Positions 1 to 8,600 of a stretch of DNA of 64,000 nt are shown here, piece by piece. Both the position numbers and the translations under genes were made by a program. Under the pieces are notes generated by a model that was given only the letters and a program-made list of their open reading frames with translations, searched no databases and was not told the origin of the DNA. Position 1 is the stretch's first letter; every line of letters begins with the position of its first letter. Location: NCBI GenBank assembly GCA_016195265.1, contig JACPZW010000078.1:78-64077 (forward strand), given 5' to 3'. The DNA comes from Acidobacteriota bacterium. Its GTDB lineage: Bacteria; Acidobacteriota; Vicinamibacteria; Vicinamibacterales; CAVVIG01.

Positions 1-95
1 CCGCTGATTCTGCGACACGACGCCAATGTATACTGCACGCCGCGATTGATGCCAAGGTCAAATCGCGCGTGACGCGTTTGCCACAGGAGGATCCC

Positions 96-1262
96 GTGAA
101 ACGTTTGGTGTTGATGATCGTCGTGCTGTTCGGCGTCGCGGCCTACGCGCAGCGCGGAGGCGCGCCGGCCGAGCCGGGCCAGGCGCCGCAGGGCGGCGGC
201 GCCGGTGGAGGACGTGGACGGGGCATGTCCCCTGAGCAACAGGCCGCGCTGGCCGCGCAGACCGAACTCGAGAAGAACACGCCGCAGATTCCCTACGACG
301 CGGTCTCGCTGCCGCTCATGCCCGCCGGCCACACGATCGGCGAGACCGTCGGCGTCGCGCTCAACTCCAAGAAGCACCTCTTCGTCTACACGCGGAGCGG
401 CAACGTCGGGCCCGCGCGCGGCGCGCAGGCGGCGGAGCTCTTCGAGTTCGACGAGACGGGCAAGTTCGTCAAGGAGTGGGGCCCGAACGCGTACGGGTTC
501 TCGTTCGCGCACACCGTCCGCATCGACAAGGACGACAACGTGTGGGTCACCGACGAAGGCTCGAACATGGTGATGAAGTTCAACCCGCAGGGGCTCGTCA
601 CCCTCGTCCTCGGCCGCAAGGACGAAGCGATTGACTACATGGAGCGCTTCCTCGAGGAAGGCCGGAAGGTCGACCCGGTCACGCTGACGGGTCCGGGCAC
701 CGGCGGCGGACGCGGCGGCAGCTTCGGCCGGCCGACCGACGTCGCGTTCGATCTGCAGGGCGACATCTTCGTCGCCGACGGCTACACCAACTCACGCGTC
801 GCGAAGTTCACCAAGGACGGCGACTTCGTGAAGTCGATCGGCACGCGCGGCAACGCGCCCGGCCAGTTCAGCACGCCGCACACGATCGCCAACGACGCGA
901 AGGGCAACATCTACGTCGGCGATCGCGGCAACCAGCGGATTCAGGTGTTCGACCCGGATTTCAATCCGATCCGCATCATCAGTAACGTGCGCGCGCCGTG
1001 GGCCATGTGCATCACGCCGCCCAACGCGCAGGGCCAGCAGTTCCTGTTCAGCTCGGACGCGGGCGGCAAGATCTACAAGGAGGATCTCGAGGGGCACCTG
1101 CTCGGCTGGTTCGGCACGATCGGCAAGAAGGTCGGGCAGTTCTACTGGGTGCACGAGGTGCACTGCGTCAGCGAGAACGAGCTCTACACGGGCGAAGCAC
1201 AGAACTGGCGCGTGCAGAAGCTGACGCTGAAGCCCGCGCCGCGCTCGACCGCGGCTCGCTAG
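96..1262 (+). CDS. NHL-repeat beta-propeller protein (peptidyl-alpha-hydroxyglycine lyase-like), secreted
   Basis: GTG at 96 preceded by AGGAGG; signal peptide; NHL repeats (FGRPTDVAFD, FSTPHTIAND, YVGDRGNQRIQVF). Confidence 0.8.
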   Translation: MKRLVLMIVVLFGVAAYAQRGGAPAEPGQAPQGGGAGGGRGRGMSPEQQAALAAQTELEKNTPQIPYDAVSLPLMPAGHTIGETVGVALNSKKHLFVYTRSGNVGPARGAQAAELFEFDETGKFVKEWGPNAYGFSFAHTVRIDKDDNVWVTDEGSNMVMKFNPQGLVTLVLGRKDEAIDYMERFLEEGRKVDPVTLTGPGTGGGRGGSFGRPTDVAFDLQGDIFVADGYTNSRVAKFTKDGDFVKSIGTRGNAPGQFSTPHTIANDAKGNIYVGDRGNQRIQVFDPDFNPIRIISNVRAPWAMCITPPNAQGQQFLFSSDAGGKIYKEDLEGHLLGWFGTIGKKVGQFYWVHEVHCVSENELYTGEAQNWRVQKLTLKPAPRSTAAR

Positions 1263-1272
1263 ACGAAAAAAC

Positions 1273-1354
1273 GCGCCGCAGAATTAGTCGATCTCGGGTC
1301 CTGTCCGCGAACAGCCCGCTCGTGGCCACCCGAACGCGACTGATCCTGCGGCGC
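1273..1354. repeat. palindromic intergenic element (18-bp imperfect inverted arms)
   Basis: gcgccgcagaattagtcg (1273-1290) vs cgactgatcctgcggcgc (1337-1354), 16/18 complementary; the 29-bp segment 1289-1317 is identical to 9034-9062. Confidence 0.7.
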
Positions 1355-1411
1355 AATACGCCCGGTTCGGCGCCACACGCGTTCTGCTAATTCTGCGACG
1401 CCGCCATTCCA

Positions 1412-2015
1412 ATGGCCGACATTGAGCTCTCCATTCGGATGGCGGCATTTCGATTCCTCGAAGAGCAATCGCGCCTTGCCGGCCAGGACGGCGCGCTTTC
1501 GAGGAAGTTGCTCGAGCGCGGGTTCGTCCACGAAGGTCAGCGCGTCCCTCTGGTCGGTCCGTCAGGCATCTTCAAGCCTCGCGCGCTTCGTTCCATTCCG
1601 TTGATATACGACTCGCCTATTCCGGCAGCGGCTGTATCAGACGGAGTTTCGCGAGCGCGTCGTTCGCGCCTATCAGCATCACTGTGCGGTGTGCCGGCTC
1701 AAACGCGACGAACTGCTCGAGGCCGCGCATATCATGCCTGATGCGGATCCGCTCGGCGTGCCGGCCGTTCCCAACGGCCTCGCGCTGTGCAAGCTTCATC
1801 ATGCCGCCTTCGATCGGTACCTCATTGGAATCACGCCCGACTCCGTTGTCGAAGTGCGGCAAGACGTGCTCGATGAGTCGGACGGCCCGATGTTGATTCA
1901 TGGTCTTCAGGGATTCAACGGCGCACGACTGCTCACGCCGAGTCGAAATGCGTGGAAGCCTGATCGACGACTGCTGGAAGAGCGATATCAGCTCTTTCGG
2001 CGGGCAGCCCGATAA
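1412..2015 (+). pseudogene. HNH endonuclease, internally deleted and frameshifted
   Basis: N-terminus MADIELSIRMAAF...GIFKP in one frame; after ~1604 another frame reads RQRLYQTEFRERVVRAYQHHCAVC...LEAAHI...NGLALCKLHHAAFD. Confidence 0.75.
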
Positions 2016-2111
2016 ACCTGGAATCGACGGCTCGAGGGCGTGCGGAGCGACGGCTCGATCGGCGAGGCTTCCCATCGCTGAAGTTCGAGAAGGATTGCTA
2101 AGGCGCCGCCG

Positions 2112-2432
2112 CACCGTGGCAGGGATCGCGCGTCCCTTGAAGACCAGCGGTTCGTCGCCGTCGTTCCACCAGCGGTGGGACACGTTCGCCGGAAAGCACG
2201 CTGGCTCTCCAGCTCTGATCGTGACCGTGCGCGCGCCCACGCGGCCCGACTGCACGCCGCGCAGCACGACGCCTTCCTCGCGCTGGCCGATGTGAATGTG
2301 CAGCGGTGGCCCCTGGGCGTGCGGCGGCACGCCGCCTTCGATCTCCAGGACGACCTGATCGCGATCGCGGACGCGGCGAATACGCAGCCATTCACCGGTG
2401 TGACGATGCTCGAGCTGTAAATGAGTGTCCAT
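2112..2432 (-). pseudogene. cupin-domain protein, 3'-truncated
   Basis: ATG overlaps upstream stop (TGATG); cupin motifs GPPLHIH..QREE and PANVSHRWWN; plausible protein ends near 2112 and the frame runs on antisense into the HNH remnant. Confidence 0.6.
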
Positions 2433-3496
2433 CACCGCCGCGACGCAGTGCGTCGCGCCTCCGAAGACAAGGGTTGGTTCTGATCGCCGGCGCCGTGCGA
2501 GAACGTGCACACTGGACACAGCGTCGGCGGTTGCGAATTGTCAACATGGTGCCGCACCGGCGAGAGCGTCTGCAGATACACGAAGACCGCGCCGAGATCG
2601 TCGTCCGTCATGTTGCGGTAGACGCGCCACGGCATGATCTGATTCAGCGTCCGCGCCTTCACCTGCCCGGCGCGAATGGCGTCGATGAACAAACGCGCGT
2701 CGTAATAAGGAATGCCCGACGGATCCGGCGTGAGGTTGGCGGACGCGACGCGTCCCCACGGTCCTTCCGCCACGAAGCCGCCGGCGAACGGCAGATTCGG
2801 CATCGGCCGGCCCTGCTGCTGCGGCGTGTGGCACTCCGCGCACGAAGCGATGGTTGACAGGTACGCGCCTCGTTTCACAGGCGTGGAGACGTCCGGCGGG
2901 GGCACGGCCTGGGTGACGGGCTGCGGCGCCGCGCGAATCAGGTATCGCACGGGAAACGCGACGCGTGTCGCCGGCAAGAGATTGCGCACGGACGGAAGCG
3001 TGCGCAGGAACACGACAATCGACGCGAGGTCTTCGTCCGACAGCGCGCGGTATCGCTGGTAGGGCATCATCGGGAACAGCGCGCGTCCGTCGTGGCCGAT
3101 GCCCTCGCGAATCGCGCGCGCCAGCATGTCGTCGGTCCACGAGCCCGTCCCGGTGTCCGAATCGGGAGTGAGATTGGGCGCCACGACGTGGCCCGGCAGT
3201 TCCTTGTAGACGATCATGTCCTGGCCGGTGCCCTCCCGCCCCGCGGGAATCGGCGCATCGTGGCGGCTCCAGTCGTGCGGCGAATGGCAATCAAGGCAGC
3301 CGGTCACGGCGGTGACCAGATAGCGCCCCCGGGCCAGCCGCCCGGGCGTTCGCGCGAACGTCCGGGTCGACACCGCGCGCGCGCGCGGCCCGACAATCGG
3401 GCGCCATCCGACGGTGACGCTGACGGCCGCGACGATCAGGAGCCCGGCGAACAGCGCGCCTCCCGCGATCCCCTTCCGCATCGTGGTCATCGTCAT
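2432..3496 (-). CDS. dihaem cytochrome c family protein
   Basis: two CXXCH motifs (CLDCH, CAECH), repeated RGxYL...xNLTPD..G units, N-terminal TM segment. Confidence 0.85.
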   Translation of the reverse strand: MTMTTMRKGIAGGALFAGLLIVAAVSVTVGWRPIVGPRARAVSTRTFARTPGRLARGRYLVTAVTGCLDCHSPHDWSRHDAPIPAGREGTGQDMIVYKELPGHVVAPNLTPDSDTGTGSWTDDMLARAIREGIGHDGRALFPMMPYQRYRALSDEDLASIVVFLRTLPSVRNLLPATRVAFPVRYLIRAAPQPVTQAVPPPDVSTPVKRGAYLSTIASCAECHTPQQQGRPMPNLPFAGGFVAEGPWGRVASANLTPDPSGIPYYDARLFIDAIRAGQVKARTLNQIMPWRVYRNMTDDDLGAVFVYLQTLSPVRHHVDNSQPPTLCPVCTFSHGAGDQNQPLSSEARRTASRR

Positions 3497-3524
3497 CGGT
3501 CCTCCCGGCGGCGCCTGCGTGCTA

Positions 3525-3587
3525 CACTTGACACCATGTCAAGCAACAGGCGTCAGCGTAAGCAATCACTTGACACCATGTCAAGTG
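3525..3587. promoter_or_regulatory. two palindromic TetR operators in the divergent promoter
   Basis: cacttgacaccatgtcaag at 3525-3543 and 3567-3585 (CTTGACA-cca-TGTCAAG); the second overlaps the TetR ATG at 3578. Confidence 0.8.
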
Positions 3588-4195
3588 CCGGGGGCGGCGG
3601 CGATCCTGCCACACGGCGGCGCATCCTCGACGCCGCGCAGCAGCTCATCACCGGGCGCCGCGGCGCCGAGGTCACGCTGGCCGAGGTCGCCCGCGCCGCG
3701 CGCGTCTCGCGCCAGGCGCTCTACCTGCATTTTGCCGATCGGGCCGCGCTCTTTCTGGCGCTCGTGCGGCATGCCGACGCGCAACGGGGACTGGCGGCGG
3801 CGATTCAGCGCGTCGCGGACGCGCCGACGGGCGTGGCCGCGCTCCGCGAAGCCGTCGCGATGCAATCGAGGATGAACCCGAAGATCTGGCCGCTGGCGCG
3901 CCATTTCGAGTCCGTTCGTCGTCGCGACGAGGCGGCCGAACGATCCTGGCAGGATCGGATGGAGGGCCGGCTGACGGGGTGTCGCATGGGAGTCGCGCGC
4001 CTCGCTCGCGAAGGCACGCTCCGGCGAGGGCTGACGCCGGAGGTCGCCGCCGATCTGCTCTGGACCCTCACCTCGCTGCGCACGTGGGAAGACCTCGTGT
4101 TGGAGCGCGGCTGGAGCGCGAAGCAGTACGAGAAACGTCTCGGCGACGTGCTGCTGATGGTGCTGACGAACAGCGGGATGACGCGGGCGCGTTGA
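3578..4195 (+). CDS. TetR/AcrR family transcriptional regulator
   Basis: TRRRILDAA...TLAEVARAARVSRQALYLHF helix-turn-helix; ATG at 3578. Confidence 0.9.
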   Translation: MSSAGGGGDPATRRRILDAAQQLITGRRGAEVTLAEVARAARVSRQALYLHFADRAALFLALVRHADAQRGLAAAIQRVADAPTGVAALREAVAMQSRMNPKIWPLARHFESVRRRDEAAERSWQDRMEGRLTGCRMGVARLAREGTLRRGLTPEVAADLLWTLTSLRTWEDLVLERGWSAKQYEKRLGDVLLMVLTNSGMTRAR

Positions 4196-4261
4196 CAACC
4201 GTCCGCGCCGGCCATAACGTGCGACCGATCAGATCCGCGGTTCGTGCTGGAGGGCTGCGCG

Positions 4262-5617
4262 ATGCGATGGAAGACCGCGTTGACGGCGGCGTTCGGGATC
4301 TTCATGGCGATCGCGCTGTGGGCGCAGACTCCCGCGACTCCCTGGCGAGGAGCGGGCGCGCCACCGTGTGTGGGATCCGACGGCGGCGTCTATCAATGCC
4401 CGCCGGCGTCTGGAGTCGTGGCGATTCGCGCCGGTCACCTGTTCGACAGCAAGACCGGCCAGATGTCGACGAGGCAGATCGTGCTTCTTCTCGGCGATCG
4501 CATCACCGCCGTCGGACCCGAGGCTCAGGTCAAAATTCCTGCGGGGGCTCGAATCCTCGACCTGACCCGCGCGACAGTGCTGCCCGGCTTGATCGACGCC
4601 CATACGCACATGTTCAACACGCGCGGGCCAAAAACGACGACTGAGAACGCGATGCTCGTCGCCGTGCAGAACGTGCGGGACGATCTCCGGGCGGGTTTCA
4701 CCGCGGCGCGCGACATGAGCTCGCACGGCAACGGCTACGCCGACGTCGAGATCCGCAACGCGATCAACCAGGGTCGCATCGACGGTCCCAGGTTTCAGGT
4801 CTCGACCCTGGGCATCGCGTGGGGCGCCACTCCGGCCACCGCGCCGGCGAACCCGTTGGCCAGCACCGTGGTCCGCTCGGTTGAAGACGCCCGCGCCGCG
4901 GTCCGCGAGCAGATCGGACACGGCGCGGACTGGATCAAGCTGTACCCCGCGGGGAATTACTCCTTCACCGCCACGGGCGAGGCGCAATACGTCGTGACGT
5001 ATCCGTTGCCGGTCCTGCAGGCGCTGATTGACGAAACGCACCGCCTCGGCCACAAGGCCGGCTGTCACGTCTACGGCGGCGAAGGCCAGAAGAACGCCAT
5101 CGTCGCCGGCTGCGACACGATCGAGCACGGGTTCGGCTTGAACCAGGAGCAGGTCGACATGATGGTCGTGAAAAAGCTGTACTACGATCCGACGCTGGTC
5201 CGCTACACCGAGCCGTACATGGACGATGACGACAACAGGAGGACGGGCGGCAAGTACCGGATGATTCCTATTTTCGAAAGTGCCGCGCGGATGGCGGCCG
5301 CGACTACGGGCATCAAGGTCATGATGGGCAGCGGCGTCGACGGCTCGACGTTCCCGCACGGGACTCAGGCGCTCGAATTCGAGTGGCTGGTGAAGCGCGC
5401 GGGCCTGAGTCCGGCCCGGGCCATTCAGGCTGGCACGACGATTAACGCCGAAGTGCTGGGATGGCAGGACCGGATCGGCTCGATCGACCAGGGCAAGTTC
5501 GCCGACCTGATCGCCGTGTCGGGCGATCCGCTGGCCGACATCACCGAACTACAGCGGGTAAAATTCGTGATGAAGGGCGGCAAGATCGTGAAAGACGAAT
5601 TGACGTCAGAACGGTAA
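4262..5617 (+). CDS. amidohydrolase family protein (prolidase-like), secreted
   Basis: PGLIDAHTH, GADWIK, TIEHG, GKFADLIAV motifs; GGAGGG upstream of ATG 4262. Confidence 0.9.
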   Translation: MRWKTALTAAFGIFMAIALWAQTPATPWRGAGAPPCVGSDGGVYQCPPASGVVAIRAGHLFDSKTGQMSTRQIVLLLGDRITAVGPEAQVKIPAGARILDLTRATVLPGLIDAHTHMFNTRGPKTTTENAMLVAVQNVRDDLRAGFTAARDMSSHGNGYADVEIRNAINQGRIDGPRFQVSTLGIAWGATPATAPANPLASTVVRSVEDARAAVREQIGHGADWIKLYPAGNYSFTATGEAQYVVTYPLPVLQALIDETHRLGHKAGCHVYGGEGQKNAIVAGCDTIEHGFGLNQEQVDMMVVKKLYYDPTLVRYTEPYMDDDDNRRTGGKYRMIPIFESAARMAAATTGIKVMMGSGVDGSTFPHGTQALEFEWLVKRAGLSPARAIQAGTTINAEVLGWQDRIGSIDQGKFADLIAVSGDPLADITELQRVKFVMKGGKIVKDELTSER

Positions 5618-5621
5618 CGCT

Positions 5622-6122
5622 ATGAAACAGTCGCTGTGGTTGACGTTGATCTCGAGCGCAGTCGTCGCCGTGGCGGCCACGGCTCAAACGCCGGACGCCT
5701 CCGACATCGCCGAAGGGCTGAGACTTTATCGGCAGAAGGCCAGTTGCCAGTCGTGCCACGGCTGGGCGGCCGACGGTCGCAAGTCGGACAACCAGATGCC
5801 CGACGGCCCGAACCTGCGGGAAACCAAGCTCGGTCGTGCGGGCCTGGTCATGACGATCAAATGCGGGCGGCTCAACTCGTCGATGCCTGCGTTCGACAAG
5901 TTCGCGTATTCGGACGGCCGGTGTTACGGCAAGACGCAAGCTGATCTGAAAGCGTATCCGACGCGCATGCCCGACCCGCCTTCGACGCTGCAGCCGCGCG
6001 AGATCGAACTGATTGCCGACTTCCTCATAGGGAAGGTCGTCGGCAAGGGTCCGATGGATCACGCCAGGTGCGTCGAATACTGGGGCGCTGACGTCGAAGC
6101 CTGCAGAGAGTTTCCAAAGTAG
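5622..6122 (+). CDS. monohaem cytochrome c
   Basis: signal peptide, CQSCH, GPNL, distal MPAF. Confidence 0.85.
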   Translation: MKQSLWLTLISSAVVAVAATAQTPDASDIAEGLRLYRQKASCQSCHGWAADGRKSDNQMPDGPNLRETKLGRAGLVMTIKCGRLNSSMPAFDKFAYSDGRCYGKTQADLKAYPTRMPDPPSTLQPREIELIADFLIGKVVGKGPMDHARCVEYWGADVEACREFPK

Positions 6123-6176
6123 GGCGGGGCCTTCTGGACCCGCCTGATCAGCCGGGTCCGAGAGGACCCGGCCTAC
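6119..6176. repeat. GTAG-type REP doublet (two inverted REP hairpins)
   Basis: gtagggcggggccttctggacccgcc (6119-6144) and gccgggtccgagaggacccggcctac (6151-6176) between convergent genes. Confidence 0.75.
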
Positions 6177-6191
6177 GTACCCGCCAGCCGT

Positions 6192-7940
6192 CTAATTCAG
6201 CGCGAACACGAACAGGTAGCTCGCATCCTGCAGCTTGTCGAAGTTCACCGGATGCAGGTGGCGGCCGCCGGCCTGCACGGCGAGATACTGCTTCGGTCCA
6301 ATCGCGTACGTGACGGGTGCGCCTTTGAGCGCAGTGCCGACGTTGAAGCGCCAGAGCTCCTCGAGCGTCTCGTCGTTGTAGGCGACGATCCATCCATCCT
6401 GCAGAGCGGTGAACAGCACGCCGCCGGCCGTGTCCGTCGCCCCCGATCGGATTTCGATGTCGGTGACGGCCTTCGCGATCACCCTGTGCTTGATCGTGTC
6501 GAACGCGGTGACGGAGCCGTAATACAGATCGCTGCTGAACGTGCGCTTCTCGCTCTTCTTTTCGTCGATGCCGCCCTGCGGCGAGAGGAACGCGACGGCC
6601 GCGCCGTTGGTCGAGAAGCATCCCTCGATCCCGACGCCGTAAGCGATGTTCTTGATCGGGTTGTACGCGGTCGGCTGGTGGGCGATGCCGCCGTGCCAGG
6701 TCGGGCACGTGCGCTTCGTGCCGTCGCCGCGCAGCGCCCGCGCCGCCGGGTTGTAGATCTGCACGTCGAGTTTCGGATCGTACTCGAGCGGCATGCCGGT
6801 CTTGGGATTGAGCCCTTTGGTCCAGTTCAGGTCGTTTACGTACTGGGCGCCCTTGATGAATTTTCCGGTCGTGCGATCCAGCGAATAATAGAATCCGTTG
6901 CGCCCGAAGTGGCCGACGACCTTGCGCGTCTGTCCGTCGATCGTCGTGTCGTACAGCATGTGCACGCCGACCTCGTCGTAGTCCCACGAGTCGTTCGGCG
7001 TGTACTGGAAATACCAGGCAAGCTTGCCCGTGTCGACATTCAGCGCAACGACGGAATTCGTATAGAGATTGTCGCCGGGCCGCGCCTGCGGATCGTATTG
7101 CGGGATCGGGTTGCCGGTTCCCCAAAGCGTGAGCCGCGTGGCCGGATCGTACGAGCCGGTCTGCCAGAGGCCGCCGCCGCCCGTCTTCCAGGCGTTGTTG
7201 GTGTCTTTCCACGTCTCGCTGCCCGGCTCGCCCGGCTTCGGCACGGCGTACCACCGCCAGAGCTCCTTGCCGGTCCGCGCATCGAGCGCGGCGATCCAGC
7301 CGCGCGTCTTCCCGTCGCCCGCGCCGTTGGCGACGATGACCTTGCCTTCGGCCGTAATCGGCGCCGCGAAAAACTTCTCCCGGCTGCCGAATTCGTTGGC
7401 GGTGGCCACCTTCTGGTCCCAGACGATTTCGCCGGTGTCCCGGTTGACGGCAATCACGCGGCCGTCGGGAAGGTTGGCGATCACCAGATCCTCCCAGAGG
7501 GCGATCCCGCGGGTGCGCGGAATGTTGCCCGCGTGCTTCACCCCGGGATCGGCCACCCAGACGATCTGGCCCCTGTTCGGATCGCGCACATCGATCTTGT
7601 AGAGCGTTCCCCAGCCGTCGGTCGTGTACATGCGGCCGTTGTCGATGAGCGGATTCACTTCGTTTTCCGGCCCGTTCTGGCCGACGTCCTGCAGACCGCC
7701 GAGCGCCAGGGCCCAGACCATGCGCAGGCTCTTGACGTTGTCCCGGTTGATCTGCGACAGCTTCGAGTAGCGCGTGGACGCGTAGTCGCCGTTCATCATG
7801 AGCCAGTTCTGCGGCTCACTCGGCGCGTTGATCAGCCGATCCTTGTTGACCGTCATCGTGTATTGCGCGGCCAACGTCGCGGCCCCCAACGCGACGATCA
7901 GCACGGCGGGGAGCATGGCGACGGCGACAATCCTGCGCAT
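6192..7940 (-). CDS. PQQ-dependent dehydrogenase, methanol/ethanol-family fold
   Basis: RYSKLSQINRDNV, WGTGNP, TPNDSWDYDE, W-docking repeats; ATG at 7940 with GAGG upstream and a signal peptide. Confidence 0.9.
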   Translation of the reverse strand: MRRIVAVAMLPAVLIVALGAATLAAQYTMTVNKDRLINAPSEPQNWLMMNGDYASTRYSKLSQINRDNVKSLRMVWALALGGLQDVGQNGPENEVNPLIDNGRMYTTDGWGTLYKIDVRDPNRGQIVWVADPGVKHAGNIPRTRGIALWEDLVIANLPDGRVIAVNRDTGEIVWDQKVATANEFGSREKFFAAPITAEGKVIVANGAGDGKTRGWIAALDARTGKELWRWYAVPKPGEPGSETWKDTNNAWKTGGGGLWQTGSYDPATRLTLWGTGNPIPQYDPQARPGDNLYTNSVVALNVDTGKLAWYFQYTPNDSWDYDEVGVHMLYDTTIDGQTRKVVGHFGRNGFYYSLDRTTGKFIKGAQYVNDLNWTKGLNPKTGMPLEYDPKLDVQIYNPAARALRGDGTKRTCPTWHGGIAHQPTAYNPIKNIAYGVGIEGCFSTNGAAVAFLSPQGGIDEKKSEKRTFSSDLYYGSVTAFDTIKHRVIAKAVTDIEIRSGATDTAGGVLFTALQDGWIVAYNDETLEELWRFNVGTALKGAPVTYAIGPKQYLAVQAGGRHLHPVNFDKLQDASYLFVFALN

Positions 7941-8075
7941 ACAGATCCTCCGCGGAAGGCGGCGAGTTTTGGACCCCGGAACTATACGCCTAATCCAGCA
8001 CCAGGCGCGAGGCGCCGGCCTTGTGTCGTACCAGTCCTGCTGGAGGAAAACCGAGGTCGGCGGTCGTGGAGCGCT

Positions 8076-8357
8076 AGAGTTGTGAGCCGGGAGGAATTGC
8101 ACCGGGACGCCGTGGACAAGGATGTGCTCGCCCTCGACGTTGAATTTCCGCGCGCGCGCCCAGACGTAAAACGGCTCGAGCGACACCAACGATGCCTATG
8201 CTGCCTGCGCCATCAGGACAAACACGTCCACGTCGTATGTTCGCGCCGGCTCCGCATAGAAGAGTGCGGCGGTCGCTCCTCCAATCGCATACTCGCGAAC
8301 AAGGCCGGTCGCCTTGAGCTCGTTGAGTTCCCGGAAGACGTCAGCCAGTGTGCGCAC
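8076..8357 (-). pseudogene. nucleotidyltransferase (MNT-like) remnant
   Basis: YAIGGATAALFYAEPARTYDVDVFV (GG...DxD); in-frame TAG at 8196-8198; continues GEHILVHGVPVQFLPAHN then is lost. Confidence 0.7.
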
Positions 8358-8384
8358 GTTCGGATTGTCGTCCGGCTTTCTGGA

Positions 8385-8579
8385 GGGGAAGCCGGAGTCC
8401 GCGGTCCGGTGAGACAACAGACGATGGGACCACATCGCGTCGGCGCGTGAGCGCCTCGGCACAACCTTCGACCGACCACCAAAGACTCACAAAGGAGTCC
8501 GTTTCAAGGACGGTTGGAGTGACCCAGTACGCTTCGTGGGCTTGCGCCCACGTGACCGCGCGCGCCCCCGCGCTTCCCC
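8385..8579 (-). ncRNA. putative ~195-nt structured non-coding RNA
   Basis: 5'/3' closing stem GGGGAAGC/GCUUCCCC, CGGGG/CUCCG, CGCGGUC/GACCGCG; internal hairpins including CGUGGGC-GCAA-GCCCACG (GNRA loop on the minus strand). Confidence 0.6.
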
Positions 8580-8600
8580 ACAATTCGGCCAAATCGATCG

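Noticed and set aside
96-1262. PAL-like protein pairing with the PHM-like protein at 48334 as a peptide-amidation system
   Set aside because: They are 47 kb apart and no precursor peptide was seen; nothing in the sequence links them.
1273-1399. Integron attC sites
   Set aside because: No RYYYAAC...GTTRRRY boundaries and no integrase.
3092-3577. 367-aa TetR with long N-terminus
   Set aside because: It overlaps the divergent cytochrome gene; the HTH begins right after ATG 3578.
7941-8189. N-terminal extension of the PQQ dehydrogenase ORF as a real fusion
   Set aside because: It is the NTase remnant lying in frame by chance; the RBS and signal peptide place the start at 7940.
6252-8450. Long antisense ORFs (also 9002-10804, 31112-33199, 37923-40001, 63425-63916 and others)
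   Set aside because: Shadows of high-GC genes on the opposite strand, with no recognisable motifs.
8385-8579. Assignment of the RNA as 6S, SRP, tRNA or a terminator
   Set aside because: Interior looks multibranched rather than a rod with central bubble; no SRP or T-loop motif recognised; no U-tract. An Rfam search is still needed.
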